A DNA stretch of 34,430 nucleotides from Bdellovibrionales bacterium (GCA_050250255.1 JBFWOZ010000030.1:1-34430), one strand, 5' to 3'. Positions 25,339 through 34,087 are shown, numbered from the stretch's first letter. Numbers and translations are program-made. The notes: generated by a model from the letters alone, not told the origin.

Positions 25339-27287
25339 TGAGAAAATCCTTCCTGCATCTCCCGAAGAAGCGATTCACGCACATGATAGTATTGTTCATC
25401 CAAATTTTGTTTTTTCAGTAAAGGATCCGGTTGGTTTTCATTCGCTGGTGTTCGATCCGACTTTACATTAAGGAACGAAAGAGCCTGTTTTTTAAAACCC
25501 TCAGTGTAAGCAAGAATGGCGAGATGCTGCTTCGTTTCGGTATCAAGCGCTTTATGAATCATTAAAACTTGCCCGACGTTGAGAGCCATTTTGTAAAGCT
25601 TTAACTCACGAAGTCGCTTGAGGAGCTGTATCCCTTCATTACGCCACTCCCAAGAAATTTGCTCCCCCTCTTTCCATTCAGAAATGAGAGTTTCAAATTC
25701 TTCTGAAGTTCTAGATTGTAGAATCACCTGGCGTGCAGCCTCTTCCCGAAAAGATTTATCCCAGGCGAGGTCACTTGCGATTGGTCGCAAAACATCTAAG
25801 CCGAGTTTACGATCTCCGGTGTAGACATTCTCGAGAGCATTTAAGAATGTAAACGAGGAATCTCCAGAAGCCTTGGCCATTAAATCTTGGAAGTCATAGC
25901 CTTCTTTGCTGCACTCTTGTATTCGCATGTACGAGACCAGTAGATTGGCCGCAGGCAATCTCGCCGAATCCGCTCCGGCAAACTCGAGAAATGCTTTGCA
26001 AGAAGGCTCTTGAATGGAGTCACAGCTGTCTGCAAGCTCACGGTAACAAAACCAACTCGCGAGTTCCACCCTTTCGGAAGGAACCATATTCTCGATAGTA
26101 GAGACGAGAGCAGTTCTTGCCTCGTCTCTACGGTGAAGTCCCCAGAGAGCCACACTACGGTGTGCTCCTAAAAAGTTTGCAAGAGATTTTTGTGGCCAGA
26201 GTTTTTCAATCAACGTTAATTCTGACTGAAAATCTTTGATGCGCTCGAAATGTTTAATCGCCCAGATTTTTCCATAGAGCGGACCCTTCACCAAAAAAGC
26301 TTGGTAAGCACCATCTGCTTCTGCCGTTTTTTCTTCGGCCCACATCTCAATCATTTTACTAAATTGGCAGGCATTAGAAGTTTTAGATAACTCGCAGACC
26401 TTTTGTAGGTACATATCCGATAACTCGGCATTTTCTGAGTGGTAAAAAGACTTTGCTAAGTAAGCAAGTTCTAATTCTTCACCATTTTGAAACGCCCTCA
26501 ACGCCTCTGTTGCCAAACACTCATCTTCCAAGGTGTTGGCCGAGTAGAGCGCCAGCGCGAGAGAAAGACGACTTGGCGCTTGATCATGAAATTCAGTCTC
26601 CCAAGAGTCCTCGGCTTCCTCCACCTCATGGCAAGATTGCGGGGAAACATCGAGTAACTCCTGACGCCAATCCTTTAAGTGAGTGGTCATTTTTGAAAAA
26701 CGTGTGATTTCACTAGTAGCAATAATGAGAAGCGCTGCCGTTACACCAACAGCAAATCCGCGCATGACGAACTTGATAAATGGAGTGGGCGGAGTTGCAA
26801 AACGACCGTTTAAAGAAATCATTTCGGTATCGGCAAGCCGATCGTGAAAAGCCCGTCTCTTTTCATTGGTTAAAACGCCGAGATGAGGAATAAAACAAAG
26901 AGCAAAACTTAATGTCCATGCAAACCCACGGATCAGCGAAGACACGAAACTAGGTTTTTCTTCGGTCCAAACGTTGACCACGCTCATCTTTAGAAACTTC
27001 ATTCCCGGAGTAGCTCCACGCCAGGCCACAAAAAAACTTTGATAGAGCGCACACACAAGTAAAAATAAAAAAAGTGATAAGGAGTATGTCAGCGCAAAGT
27101 TCCCCTCAGCTTCCGTGAGGCGAGCCATCGCCATCTCGCGACGGAGAGGAGCCAGAACGATAAAGATGAGAAAGAAAAAGCAGAGAAAATCTATAAAAGC
27201 CGCAGCTAAACGATCACTCGTCGTCGGCGCTCGCAACAAGCTCTCTTTTTTTTGCTGAGTTGAATGATGAGGATCATGAAGAACCAT
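25335..27287 (-). CDS. RDD family protein with large C-terminal helical, Cys-paired domain
   Basis: RLAAAFID, GATPGMKFL, RAFHDRLADT. A TM is followed by about 450 aa of helical sequence. ATGA overlap with the rhomboid start. Confidence 0.88.
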   Translation of the reverse strand: MVLHDPHHSTQQKKESLLRAPTTSDRLAAAFIDFLCFFFLIFIVLAPLRREMAMARLTEAEGNFALTYSLSLFLFLLVCALYQSFFVAWRGATPGMKFLKMSVVNVWTEEKPSFVSSLIRGFAWTLSFALCFIPHLGVLTNEKRRAFHDRLADTEMISLNGRFATPPTPFIKFVMRGFAVGVTAALLIIATSEITRFSKMTTHLKDWRQELLDVSPQSCHEVEEAEDSWETEFHDQAPSRLSLALALYSANTLEDECLATEALRAFQNGEELELAYLAKSFYHSENAELSDMYLQKVCELSKTSNACQFSKMIEMWAEEKTAEADGAYQAFLVKGPLYGKIWAIKHFERIKDFQSELTLIEKLWPQKSLANFLGAHRSVALWGLHRRDEARTALVSTIENMVPSERVELASWFCYRELADSCDSIQEPSCKAFLEFAGADSARLPAANLLVSYMRIQECSKEGYDFQDLMAKASGDSSFTFLNALENVYTGDRKLGLDVLRPIASDLAWDKSFREEAARQVILQSRTSEEFETLISEWKEGEQISWEWRNEGIQLLKRLRELKLYKMALNVGQVLMIHKALDTETKQHLAILAYTEGFKKQALSFLNVKSDRTPANENQPDPLLKKQNLDEQYYHVRESLLREMQEGFSQ

Positions 27288-27293
27288 GATCCT

Positions 27294-27321
27294 TTATCGG
27301 CCTAACCCGATCTTCCATTTA
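27294..27321 (-). promoter_or_regulatory. Putative sigma28 (FliA) promoter of the RDD-rhomboid operon
   Basis: TAAA-N16-GCCGATAA on the minus strand (consensus TAAA-N15-GCCGATAA). The -10 box ends 6 nt before ATG 27287. Confidence 0.6.
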
Positions 27322-27403
27322 GGTGCCAGGTTCCTTTTCCGGGTCACGCCGCTTCATGAAATGGACGCGGCGTGACCCGGAAAAGGAACCTGGCACCTAA
27401 ATG
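27316..27403. repeat. REPIN-like long hairpin element, copy 2
   Basis: Perfect 37-bp inverted repeat (27316-27352 / 27367-27403) with loop TTCATGAAATGGAC. Homologous to 5085-5181. Confidence 0.85.
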
Positions 27404-27418
27404 TCTCAGCCTGAGACA
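27402..27418. promoter_or_regulatory. Perfect palindrome TGTCTCA-GCC-TGAGACA (putative protein-binding site)
   Basis: Same motif as 11898-11940 and 28194-28210. Confidence 0.55.
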
Positions 27419-27421
27419 GAT

Positions 27422-28060
27422 TTATTCTTTATTTTCTCGGAGTTTGATCGCGTGGGTACGGCCGCTATCGTCCATGAAAACCTGGGCCCATCCTAGTAAG
27501 GCCGTGTTTTTATAAAGAGCGTAATTCTCAATCTTAAACCCACCAATATGTTCTTCTAAGCCCTTTTCGACTTTCGAATAATCTATATAAAATGAACTTT
27601 TATTCTCTACTAAGAAAGAGTTCACATCATTAATATACTTTGGGCGATCTCCGCTCACTCCCGAATCGACAAAATTCACTTCTTTGATTTTGCCATGTTC
27701 TAATTGAAAGGAATATTTTCCCTCAAAGAATCCAAAACGAAGTTGATCAAATGCATTCGGTGGTCGTCCTAGGCTCGCTAACTCCCTTTGGCCTTTTGAA
27801 TCAGCTAATTCATGAGCTAACTTTTTTTGCCAAGCAAGTTGGTCCGCATCCACTCTTTCAAAGCGCTCCGCACTCGCAAGAGATCGCGACGAGGAATGGG
27901 TATCCTGCTTTTTTAAGAGTGTTTGATTCGCAATGATAACGGCAGCGAGTACAGAGACTAACGACGCCGAAACCAGAACCTTCCTTTGTTCCAAATCATG
28001 CCTCACTTGGCCATTCTTAATGCTTTGAACTTTACCTTTTGAATCACCAATTAATTCCAT
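27422..28060 (-). CDS. Membrane-anchored hypothetical protein with RxxAS motifs
   Basis: Single TM followed by SRSLAS and RELAS. GAGGGGG RBS. Confidence 0.8.
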   Translation of the reverse strand: MELIGDSKGKVQSIKNGQVRHDLEQRKVLVSASLVSVLAAVIIANQTLLKKQDTHSSSRSLASAERFERVDADQLAWQKKLAHELADSKGQRELASLGRPPNAFDQLRFGFFEGKYSFQLEHGKIKEVNFVDSGVSGDRPKYINDVNSFLVENKSSFYIDYSKVEKGLEEHIGGFKIENYALYKNTALLGWAQVFMDDSGRTHAIKLRENKE

Positions 28061-28193
28061 GCATCCCCCTCTAAAGAAGAGGTTGCAAAGTTGATGCTTC
28101 CTTCGTCTGGCCTGTTGTTCATTGTAACATAGGACAAGCCAGGGGCTTGTCCAAAGTCACAACACTTGACTATCCGACAGTAGACACTCGGCG

Positions 28194-28210
28194 TGTTTCA
28201 CTATGAGACA
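28194..28210. promoter_or_regulatory. TGTTTCA-CTA-TGAGACA palindrome (putative binding site)
   Basis: One mismatch to TGTCTCA-N3-TGAGACA. Intergenic. Confidence 0.5.
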
Positions 28211-28346
28211 AAGACAAAGGACCAGCCCTTTTATTAGAGCTGCACTTTATAAACGTGAATCACGGGTTTGATCCCACATCTGCCGAGCGTTGCACGAGAT
28301 TACTTCTCATTTCTTAACAACGAGGGTGAACAAAAAAATGGACATA

Positions 28347-28377
28347 AAAAAAGCTAAACCAAAGGTTTAGCTTTTTT
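28347..28377. terminator. Intrinsic (bidirectional-type) terminator after the Fis-like gene
   Basis: A6-GCTAAACC-AAA-GGTTTAGC-T6, 24 nt past the stop. Confidence 0.85.
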
Positions 28378-28401
28378 CAAAAACATGAACGAATTTATTG
28401 C

Positions 28402-28812
28402 TTAAGCAGCAACCAACCCTTTACCACGAGCACCGTTTGGATCGATGTTGTATTGCTTAATTTTTCTGTAGATTGTCGCACGGCCAATTCCAAGGGCTCT
28501 TGCAGCTTCTGTCAAATTCCCTTTATATTGCGCGATCGCATTGATAATAGCATCGCTCTCTAGTTGGTTCATTGTTTGGACATTCTTGTCCACAGCACTT
28601 GGAGCGCTGTTTGGAAAGTTGTAAACCTTTCCACCTGTCAATGCGACGGTTTCTGTTTGAACCTGTGCGCGAAATCCTGGATTGTTTAATCCTTCGCTCC
28701 ACTGGTTTGAAGAGTATGCGTTTACAGTAACATTGTTCTGTACGCCCCAACTTCTTGCTTTTGATATGATGTCTGAATCATCGCTGACGACGATAAAGAG
28801 AGTACGTGCCAT
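28402..28812 (-). CDS. Stand-alone Fis-type (HTH_8) DNA-binding protein
   Basis: LESDAIINAIAQYKGNLTEAARALGIGRATIYRKIKQY. No AAA+ domain. GGAGGT RBS and its own terminator. Confidence 0.9.
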   Translation of the reverse strand: MARTLFIVVSDDSDIISKARSWGVQNNVTVNAYSSNQWSEGLNNPGFRAQVQTETVALTGGKVYNFPNSAPSAVDKNVQTMNQLESDAIINAIAQYKGNLTEAARALGIGRATIYRKIKQYNIDPNGARGKGLVAA

Positions 28813-28892
28813 GTGTTTACCTCCAATAAAAGTGATATGGGATCCCTCAAGCTACTTAACCCTTGCAGGGGTATGAGTGGCTTACCTGAAAT

Positions 28893-28920
28893 CTATCGGC
28901 GCACCATCTTGAGAATATGA
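28893..28920 (-). promoter_or_regulatory. Possible sigma28 promoter of the Fis-like gene
   Basis: TCATA-N15-GCCGATAG on the minus strand. Good -10 box, weak -35 box. Confidence 0.4.
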
Positions 28921-28994
28921 GTCTTTTTTTAAGATTTTTGTAACCCCTTGTTCTTGCTTGAAATTCTCCTTCTGGTCGTGTCACACTGAGAAGA

Positions 28995-29744
28995 ATGAGA
29001 CACCAACCTAGACCTTTTCGTATTCCATCTCGAAACATCACACGAGACACTTGCGCCAGATTATTTTTCTTATTTTTACTTCTCCTGCAAATCCTTATCC
29101 CATCTGAATTTGCGAGCGCTAGCGTTCTCAAACATCATGTAAAACCAACTCTCACTGACGGTTTTGATAAGACAGGTCTCATACTCATTGGCTCAGGCTT
29201 ACTCGCAACGGCGCTCGCGCAAACAAAAGATTACGAAGTGAGAGAGGCTTACCAAGACAACCAAAGAATTTCGCACTCCAGCGCACGCTTCGGAGATTTT
29301 TTAGGAACCGGAATTCCGGGGTCTGCCATCGCTCTCTCACAAATGCTTTTTGCAAGTGGAGACAACAAACATGCGGGTTATGCTCATGCCGAAGCTTTGA
29401 TCGATACCTTCATTGCGACTTCACTACTTAAAACCATCAATCGTAGAAATCGTCCCGACAGCGACAACAAACAGGCGATGCCTTCAGGGCACGCATCAAC
29501 AACATTCGCAACCGCCACATCTCTCGCTTACTCTTACGGTTGGGCCGCCGCGGTTCCCGCCTACATGCTCGCAGGATTCACCGCCGCCACAAGATGGAGC
29601 GACGACGCTCATTGGTTTAGCGATACGGTCGCAGGAGCCTTCGTCGGAATTTTCTGGGGCCGCGCCACTTGGTTACATCACGGCTGCATCACACCCGTCG
29701 TTTCTCGTTACGGCTCGGGCTTCGTTTGGAAAACTAGTTTCTAA
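28995..29744 (+). CDS. PAP2 family phosphatase (LpxE/PgpB-like)
   Basis: K-x6-RP (KTINRRNRP), PSGH and R-x5-H-x3-D (TRWSDDAHWFSD). Exact start uncertain. Confidence 0.9.
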   Translation: MRHQPRPFRIPSRNITRDTCARLFFLFLLLLQILIPSEFASASVLKHHVKPTLTDGFDKTGLILIGSGLLATALAQTKDYEVREAYQDNQRISHSSARFGDFLGTGIPGSAIALSQMLFASGDNKHAGYAHAEALIDTFIATSLLKTINRRNRPDSDNKQAMPSGHASTTFATATSLAYSYGWAAAVPAYMLAGFTAATRWSDDAHWFSDTVAGAFVGIFWGRATWLHHGCITPVVSRYGSGFVWKTSF

Positions 29745-29794
29745 ACTTGCTCTTTATTTATGATGTTCAAAAAAACTTTTGGCCATTCCCTTTC

Positions 29795-29898
29795 AAGGCA
29801 TGAGGCATAGGCCATATGTAAAAGGCATAGGGAAGTGGCAGTGGGATCCGGACTTCTTCATGATCCAGAATATGTCATGTGCCTTTGCCTCATGCCTT
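29795..29898. repeat. Inverted repeat composed of AGGCAT-like 7-nt units
   Basis: AAGGCATGAGGCATAGGC (29795-29812) pairs with GCCTTTGCCTCATGCCTT (29881-29898) at 17/18. Confidence 0.6.
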
Positions 29899-29915
29899 AC
29901 ATATAATTCTAAAAT

Positions 29916-29947
29916 AAAAAAAGCAGCTTCAAAGAGCTGCCTTTTTT
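29916..29947. terminator. Intrinsic terminator between convergent genes
   Basis: A7-GCAGCT-TCAAAG-AGCTGC-C-T6. Confidence 0.75.
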
Positions 29948-29973
29948 GTTTTAAGAATTTAAAATCTTTAAAA

Positions 29974-30345
29974 TTATCGACGACCAGATTTGATCTTCAA
30001 TTGCATTTTCGCAATTAACTCAACGGCCATTTTTTCTTGAACTTCACACATTTTGAGTTCGTCTTGACGGTAAGATTTCTGACTTGGAGTTAATGTGTCC
30101 ATTTCGAGCTCCATTTCGTAATCCATTTTGCTCGCGCGGATGCTCTCAAGTTCTTTTGATTGCTGCTTAAAAAGCTGGCTCACGCGGCTAATAGGAGCCA
30201 CTTCTAACCACTCATGCTTTGCACGGTACCAAGAAAGCATACGCATAAATCGGGCTTTATTTTTTGCTAAGGTAAACTGTGGGTAACTGGTCTCTGGAAG
30301 ATTAAAAATATCGAAACTACCCTTCACTTCTGACATATCCAACAC
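29974..30345 (-). CDS. Hypothetical coiled-coil protein
   Basis: GGAGG RBS before GTG, downstream terminator, helical charged sequence. Confidence 0.8.
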   Translation of the reverse strand: MLDMSEVKGSFDIFNLPETSYPQFTLAKNKARFMRMLSWYRAKHEWLEVAPISRVSQLFKQQSKELESIRASKMDYEMELEMDTLTPSQKSYRQDELKMCEVQEKMAVELIAKMQLKIKSGRR

Positions 30346-30494
30346 TGTGTCCTCCGCTTATTGACTAGGAGTGGGCATCGAGAGGTCGATTCCAAAAACG
30401 ATAACTCGGCACAACCACGTAAGATTAAGGTGAATTTCTAACACAGGTAGGTCAAAAAATAAATGGGTATTCTTGTGGGAAAGGAAATGATCTC

Positions 30495-31370
30495 TTAAAG
30501 AGGTACAATGTTTTTATTTTGGAGATCTTTACGAATCATGTCGAGCTTGAGTACATCTTCACCCAAACATTCAGAAAATTTACACGTTTTGACACGACGA
30601 CACCGTGCGGATCGATCGTAAACGAAGTCCTGATCGCCCTGAATCAAAACACCGATCAACTGATTGTTCCAATTAAAAACTCCGGAGCCAGAATTACCAA
30701 AAGAAGTGTCTAGATCTGTGACATAGTAGGAACCATCTACCCGATGAATTTTTCCATTCGGGGCAACTTTCAGTGGAATTCCTAAAGGATAACCGACTGA
30801 AAAAATTTCAGTGCCCGCCCACTCTTCAGAAAAGCGAGTCATAGCAACAGGAGTTCGTCCTCGCACCTTTCGATCAAGGCGAATGAGGGCGTAATCAAGA
30901 TCCTTTTTCATTTCGTAAGCGACAACCTGCTGGCAGCGATAGACGTCAGATTCCTGCACCGTAAAAGTGGACTGATTTTTACGATCGAGCCGGTAATCGA
31001 AAACCACTCGGTACCCCCGACAAGTAGGACTTGTCAGACAATGTCCCGCCGTTAAAATCAAGTCTTCACCAACAAGAGTGCCCGAACAAAAAGAGGCTAC
31101 TGGCTGTTCACCAAATTTTTGATCAGGACAAAGATTATGAGCTTCATTCATAGAAGTCGCGTGGATCCGAAATCCTGAGGCTATGGGAACGAGCTGCCGA
31201 GGGGCCATTAAAGCCGCAGAAGCCCTCACAGTGGGTTCACGGGACGTGTACATGACCTCGTAATATTCGAGGCGGTCATCTTTGCCATAAACAGTCCATG
31301 GAAGAGGGTCCGCAGTCACGACCGCAAAACTCCAAAATAGACTAACGACTACAAGTAATCGTGACACCAA
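30495..31370 (-). CDS. Secreted trypsin-like (S1) serine protease
   Basis: Signal peptide, VYGKDDR, CSGTL, TAGHC, DYALI, GNSGSG. Confidence 0.93.
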   Translation of the reverse strand: MVSRLLVVVSLFWSFAVVTADPLPWTVYGKDDRLEYYEVMYTSREPTVRASAALMAPRQLVPIASGFRIHATSMNEAHNLCPDQKFGEQPVASFCSGTLVGEDLILTAGHCLTSPTCRGYRVVFDYRLDRKNQSTFTVQESDVYRCQQVVAYEMKKDLDYALIRLDRKVRGRTPVAMTRFSEEWAGTEIFSVGYPLGIPLKVAPNGKIHRVDGSYYVTDLDTSFGNSGSGVFNWNNQLIGVLIQGDQDFVYDRSARCRRVKTCKFSECLGEDVLKLDMIRKDLQNKNIVPL

Positions 31371-31482
31371 TATTCCCCCTGAACGAAAGAATCATGGCGT
31401 GCAACGAAGGCCTAAGCAATAAATTCTTGCGCCAAAAACTCAGAATTTGCCCACTCGCGTTAGACATGCTAAGCCTCTCTAC

Positions 31483-32904
31483 ATGAAATTGAAGGCACTT
31501 TTATTATTATCATTTCTTTTTTGCCCCAGCCTGGAAGCCTTTACTGGCGCAGGTTCCACGGAAGCCACTCTCGAATTTTCTCACTTTGTAGAATTTGATC
31601 TCCAAGAATCCCCACAAACACCAACAAAGGGTGCGATTTTAGAAGCTATCGAAGAACAAATTGCGCATCTCGTAGGTCCGATGGCGCGCCTTCCTTATAG
31701 ATCCGCCCCTAAGGGAGATGAATACGTTGATCCCGAGTCGTTACGAATGGAATGGATCACGAACGAAGCAAAAGAAAAAATGAAACTCCGCGCTCATTAT
31801 AATTATGAAGGAACTATCGTTGTCGCTAATGGCGCCGCGACTCCCTATGAAATCTATCTTCCGCTCCATCCCGCTGATGCTTATTTCAAAGCCGGTGGTG
31901 ATAGCGAGGACAATCCTTGTGGCGACGAATACTACACAAGCTATGATGACTTTTGGTATTTCTGGCATCCACTTCGCCCGAACTGCCGCAAACTTCTTAA
32001 AGAAGGCATAGATTATCACAAGATTCCATCCAAGCTGACACGCATTCCAAATTCAAGTACACCCCGTGGAGAAAAAACCTACCCCGAATACGGCCGTCTT
32101 GCCGATGCAAAAGGCACGATCAAAATGATGCTCCTCATGGGCATGGATGTGGCGACGAATAATCCGCACCCTATCGAATCTGAAGGTGAAGAAGATGATG
32201 ATCTCAATGCCGAGAACTTCCGTATGGTTCGCAACGCTTTGATTAAAAAACTCCAACTACAACCGCGCCAGTGGGAAAACAGCGAGATCCAAGCCTTACT
32301 CAAAGAAGGTACGAGACCTCTCCCCTATGTTGAGGAATTCACAGCAGAGTTTCCCGATTCAAAAGGCCGGGGGCAACGTTTAGAAGTTGTGATGTTTTTT
32401 GGAAAAGCAGGCATTGATGAAAACAGTAAGGCATTCCACTATTTCTTAAAAGACGCGATTAAAAATTATTCCGTCGTCATCTATGATGGACATAGCGGTC
32501 TTGGTGGTCATCTGTATTTACCAGGAATTGAAGAACTGCGAACTGAAACCAGTGGCCAAACTTTTAAGTTTGTAGTTCCTAAAGACAAGTACCAAATTTT
32601 TTATTTTAACAGCTGCAGCTCCTACGCTTACTACAACGCAAATTTTTTCCCCCAAAAGAAATCGCCTCGCGATCCTCACGGGACAAAGTTTTTAGATATC
32701 GTTGCAACGGGATTAGAAACCGGTTTTGATGGCGGAGCCCGCACAAATCTCGAACTCATTACGACCATCTATAATTGGATTAAGCTAGGCACAGTGAAGT
32801 CGTACTTAGAACTCGTACGACGGTTAGAAAATGATAATCTTTCGGGCGTAAATGGGGATGAAGACAATCCTAAATCTCAAGCCGAAGCGCGACAGCTTTT
32901 CTAA
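31483..32904 (+). CDS. Secreted hypothetical protein, possible caspase-hemoglobinase-fold (clan CD) peptidase
   Basis: Signal peptide from ATG 31483. VVIYDGHSG and IFYFNSC each follow a hydrophobic strand. The CDS is solid; the function is inferred. Confidence 0.6.
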   Translation: MKLKALLLLSFLFCPSLEAFTGAGSTEATLEFSHFVEFDLQESPQTPTKGAILEAIEEQIAHLVGPMARLPYRSAPKGDEYVDPESLRMEWITNEAKEKMKLRAHYNYEGTIVVANGAATPYEIYLPLHPADAYFKAGGDSEDNPCGDEYYTSYDDFWYFWHPLRPNCRKLLKEGIDYHKIPSKLTRIPNSSTPRGEKTYPEYGRLADAKGTIKMMLLMGMDVATNNPHPIESEGEEDDDLNAENFRMVRNALIKKLQLQPRQWENSEIQALLKEGTRPLPYVEEFTAEFPDSKGRGQRLEVVMFFGKAGIDENSKAFHYFLKDAIKNYSVVIYDGHSGLGGHLYLPGIEELRTETSGQTFKFVVPKDKYQIFYFNSCSSYAYYNANFFPQKKSPRDPHGTKFLDIVATGLETGFDGGARTNLELITTIYNWIKLGTVKSYLELVRRLENDNLSGVNGDEDNPKSQAEARQLF

Positions 32905-32924
32905 CTGTCGTCTCAGCCTCATAA

Positions 32925-33956
32925 TTACTCAGCCGCTTTTGTTTCATCTTCAGGAGTAGAAGGTCGATCCTGCTGAATCTCCTTCATTAAATCTGAAAAG
33001 CTGATGACACTTTTACTTCTCAGTGGCGTGCGGAAACCTAATTTTAACTTCAAACCCACGTCTTCACTTTGTTTTAAAATCAGTGACTGCACTTCACCAG
33101 ATGGAGCTTCTAAGCTCATCGCCTGGAAAGACAATTTTTTCGAGTTGTAGCCGTTTGCGGAATCGTCGTTCGAGTCCATGTAGGACGTGTTCACCCAAAT
33201 ATAAGAAGGTGTTTGATGTTCACCCTTCATCTCGACACCCACAGAAAGAAGGTTTGTACCTAAACCTTTTTTCAACGAATAAGTTAAATAACCTTTAGTC
33301 GAACCTACGATATAAGCAACAGCTCGCTCAGAGCGGTCGATGCGCTTCAGAGCATTATGCAATTTCTCGTCTATGCCCGTCGCCACTACGTCGACACCAA
33401 GTAACTCTTGATCTTCGGTAGAATCAAAAATCACTTTAATTGTTGGAGTGATAACCACATCACCTTTTTTAACTTCTAAGCCAATTTCTAAATTCTTACA
33501 TGTGTTTGAACAGTTCAGTTCAACAGGTTTTGTTTGTTCTTCTTGATCCTTTGGTGCGCTAGGAAGATACTCTACAACAGAAATTCCCTCTTGTTTGCCA
33601 TCATCTAATACACGTCCAGAAAAACGAACAGCACGACCATCGGTATGATCAATACGCACAGAAAATGTTCGGTTCATCTCTTTATCTTGAAGACCCTGTA
33701 CGTAAATTCCTTTAACAGAATCAATATAAGCTTTTGTATTTTCATTCACTTCTGCGGCCGCTTTTTCAATTTGAAAGCCTGAGATGTCATCATCTTGTAC
33801 TTGGGCCGTTCCTAGCTCGGGAAGAGGAAGTGTTGTCACAGTTCCACCGGCACCATCTTTTATATCTTTACTGCGCATTCCGGACTTAGGAGAACATGCA
33901 AGCATAGTTAAGACGAGTAATAGGTTCGTTTGAGCCAACAGGAACTTGTTTTTCAT
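32925..33956 (-). CDS. Hypothetical lipoprotein
   Basis: Lipobox LTMLAC, GGAG RBS. Confidence 0.8.
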   Translation of the reverse strand: MKNKFLLAQTNLLLVLTMLACSPKSGMRSKDIKDGAGGTVTTLPLPELGTAQVQDDDISGFQIEKAAAEVNENTKAYIDSVKGIYVQGLQDKEMNRTFSVRIDHTDGRAVRFSGRVLDDGKQEGISVVEYLPSAPKDQEEQTKPVELNCSNTCKNLEIGLEVKKGDVVITPTIKVIFDSTEDQELLGVDVVATGIDEKLHNALKRIDRSERAVAYIVGSTKGYLTYSLKKGLGTNLLSVGVEMKGEHQTPSYIWVNTSYMDSNDDSANGYNSKKLSFQAMSLEAPSGEVQSLILKQSEDVGLKLKLGFRTPLRSKSVISFSDLMKEIQQDRPSTPEDETKAAE

Positions 33957-33999
33957 AATAAAACTCCATGTGCAAATTTAGACAATCCACAGCTTTAAA

Positions 34000-34015
34000 A
34001 GCAGGAATCATTCCA
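34000..34015 (-). promoter_or_regulatory. Putative sigma54 (-24/-12) promoter of the lipoprotein gene
   Basis: TGGAAT-GATTC-CTGCT keeps the GG-N10-GC spacing, about 45 bp upstream of ATG 33956. Confidence 0.45.
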
Positions 34016-34087
34016 AGGAGTTATGAAATTGTTAACGAATATAGAGAACTCTGATACGCGAAACTCGCTCAGTAGTGCCCTTAAAGG

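Noticed and set aside
28083..28098. Sigma54-like site AAGCAT-CAACT-TTGCA upstream of 28060
   Set aside because: It lacks the near-invariant GG at -24 (has AG), so it is too weak to call.
28225..28290. tRNA-like T-arm GGGTTTGATCCC
   Set aside because: No cloverleaf, acceptor stem or matching D-arm could be built.
29779..30018. 79-aa ORF, and similarly the 71-aa ORF at 17762-17977
   Set aside because: They run across repeat, terminator or AT-rich intergenic DNA with no RBS or protein-like features.
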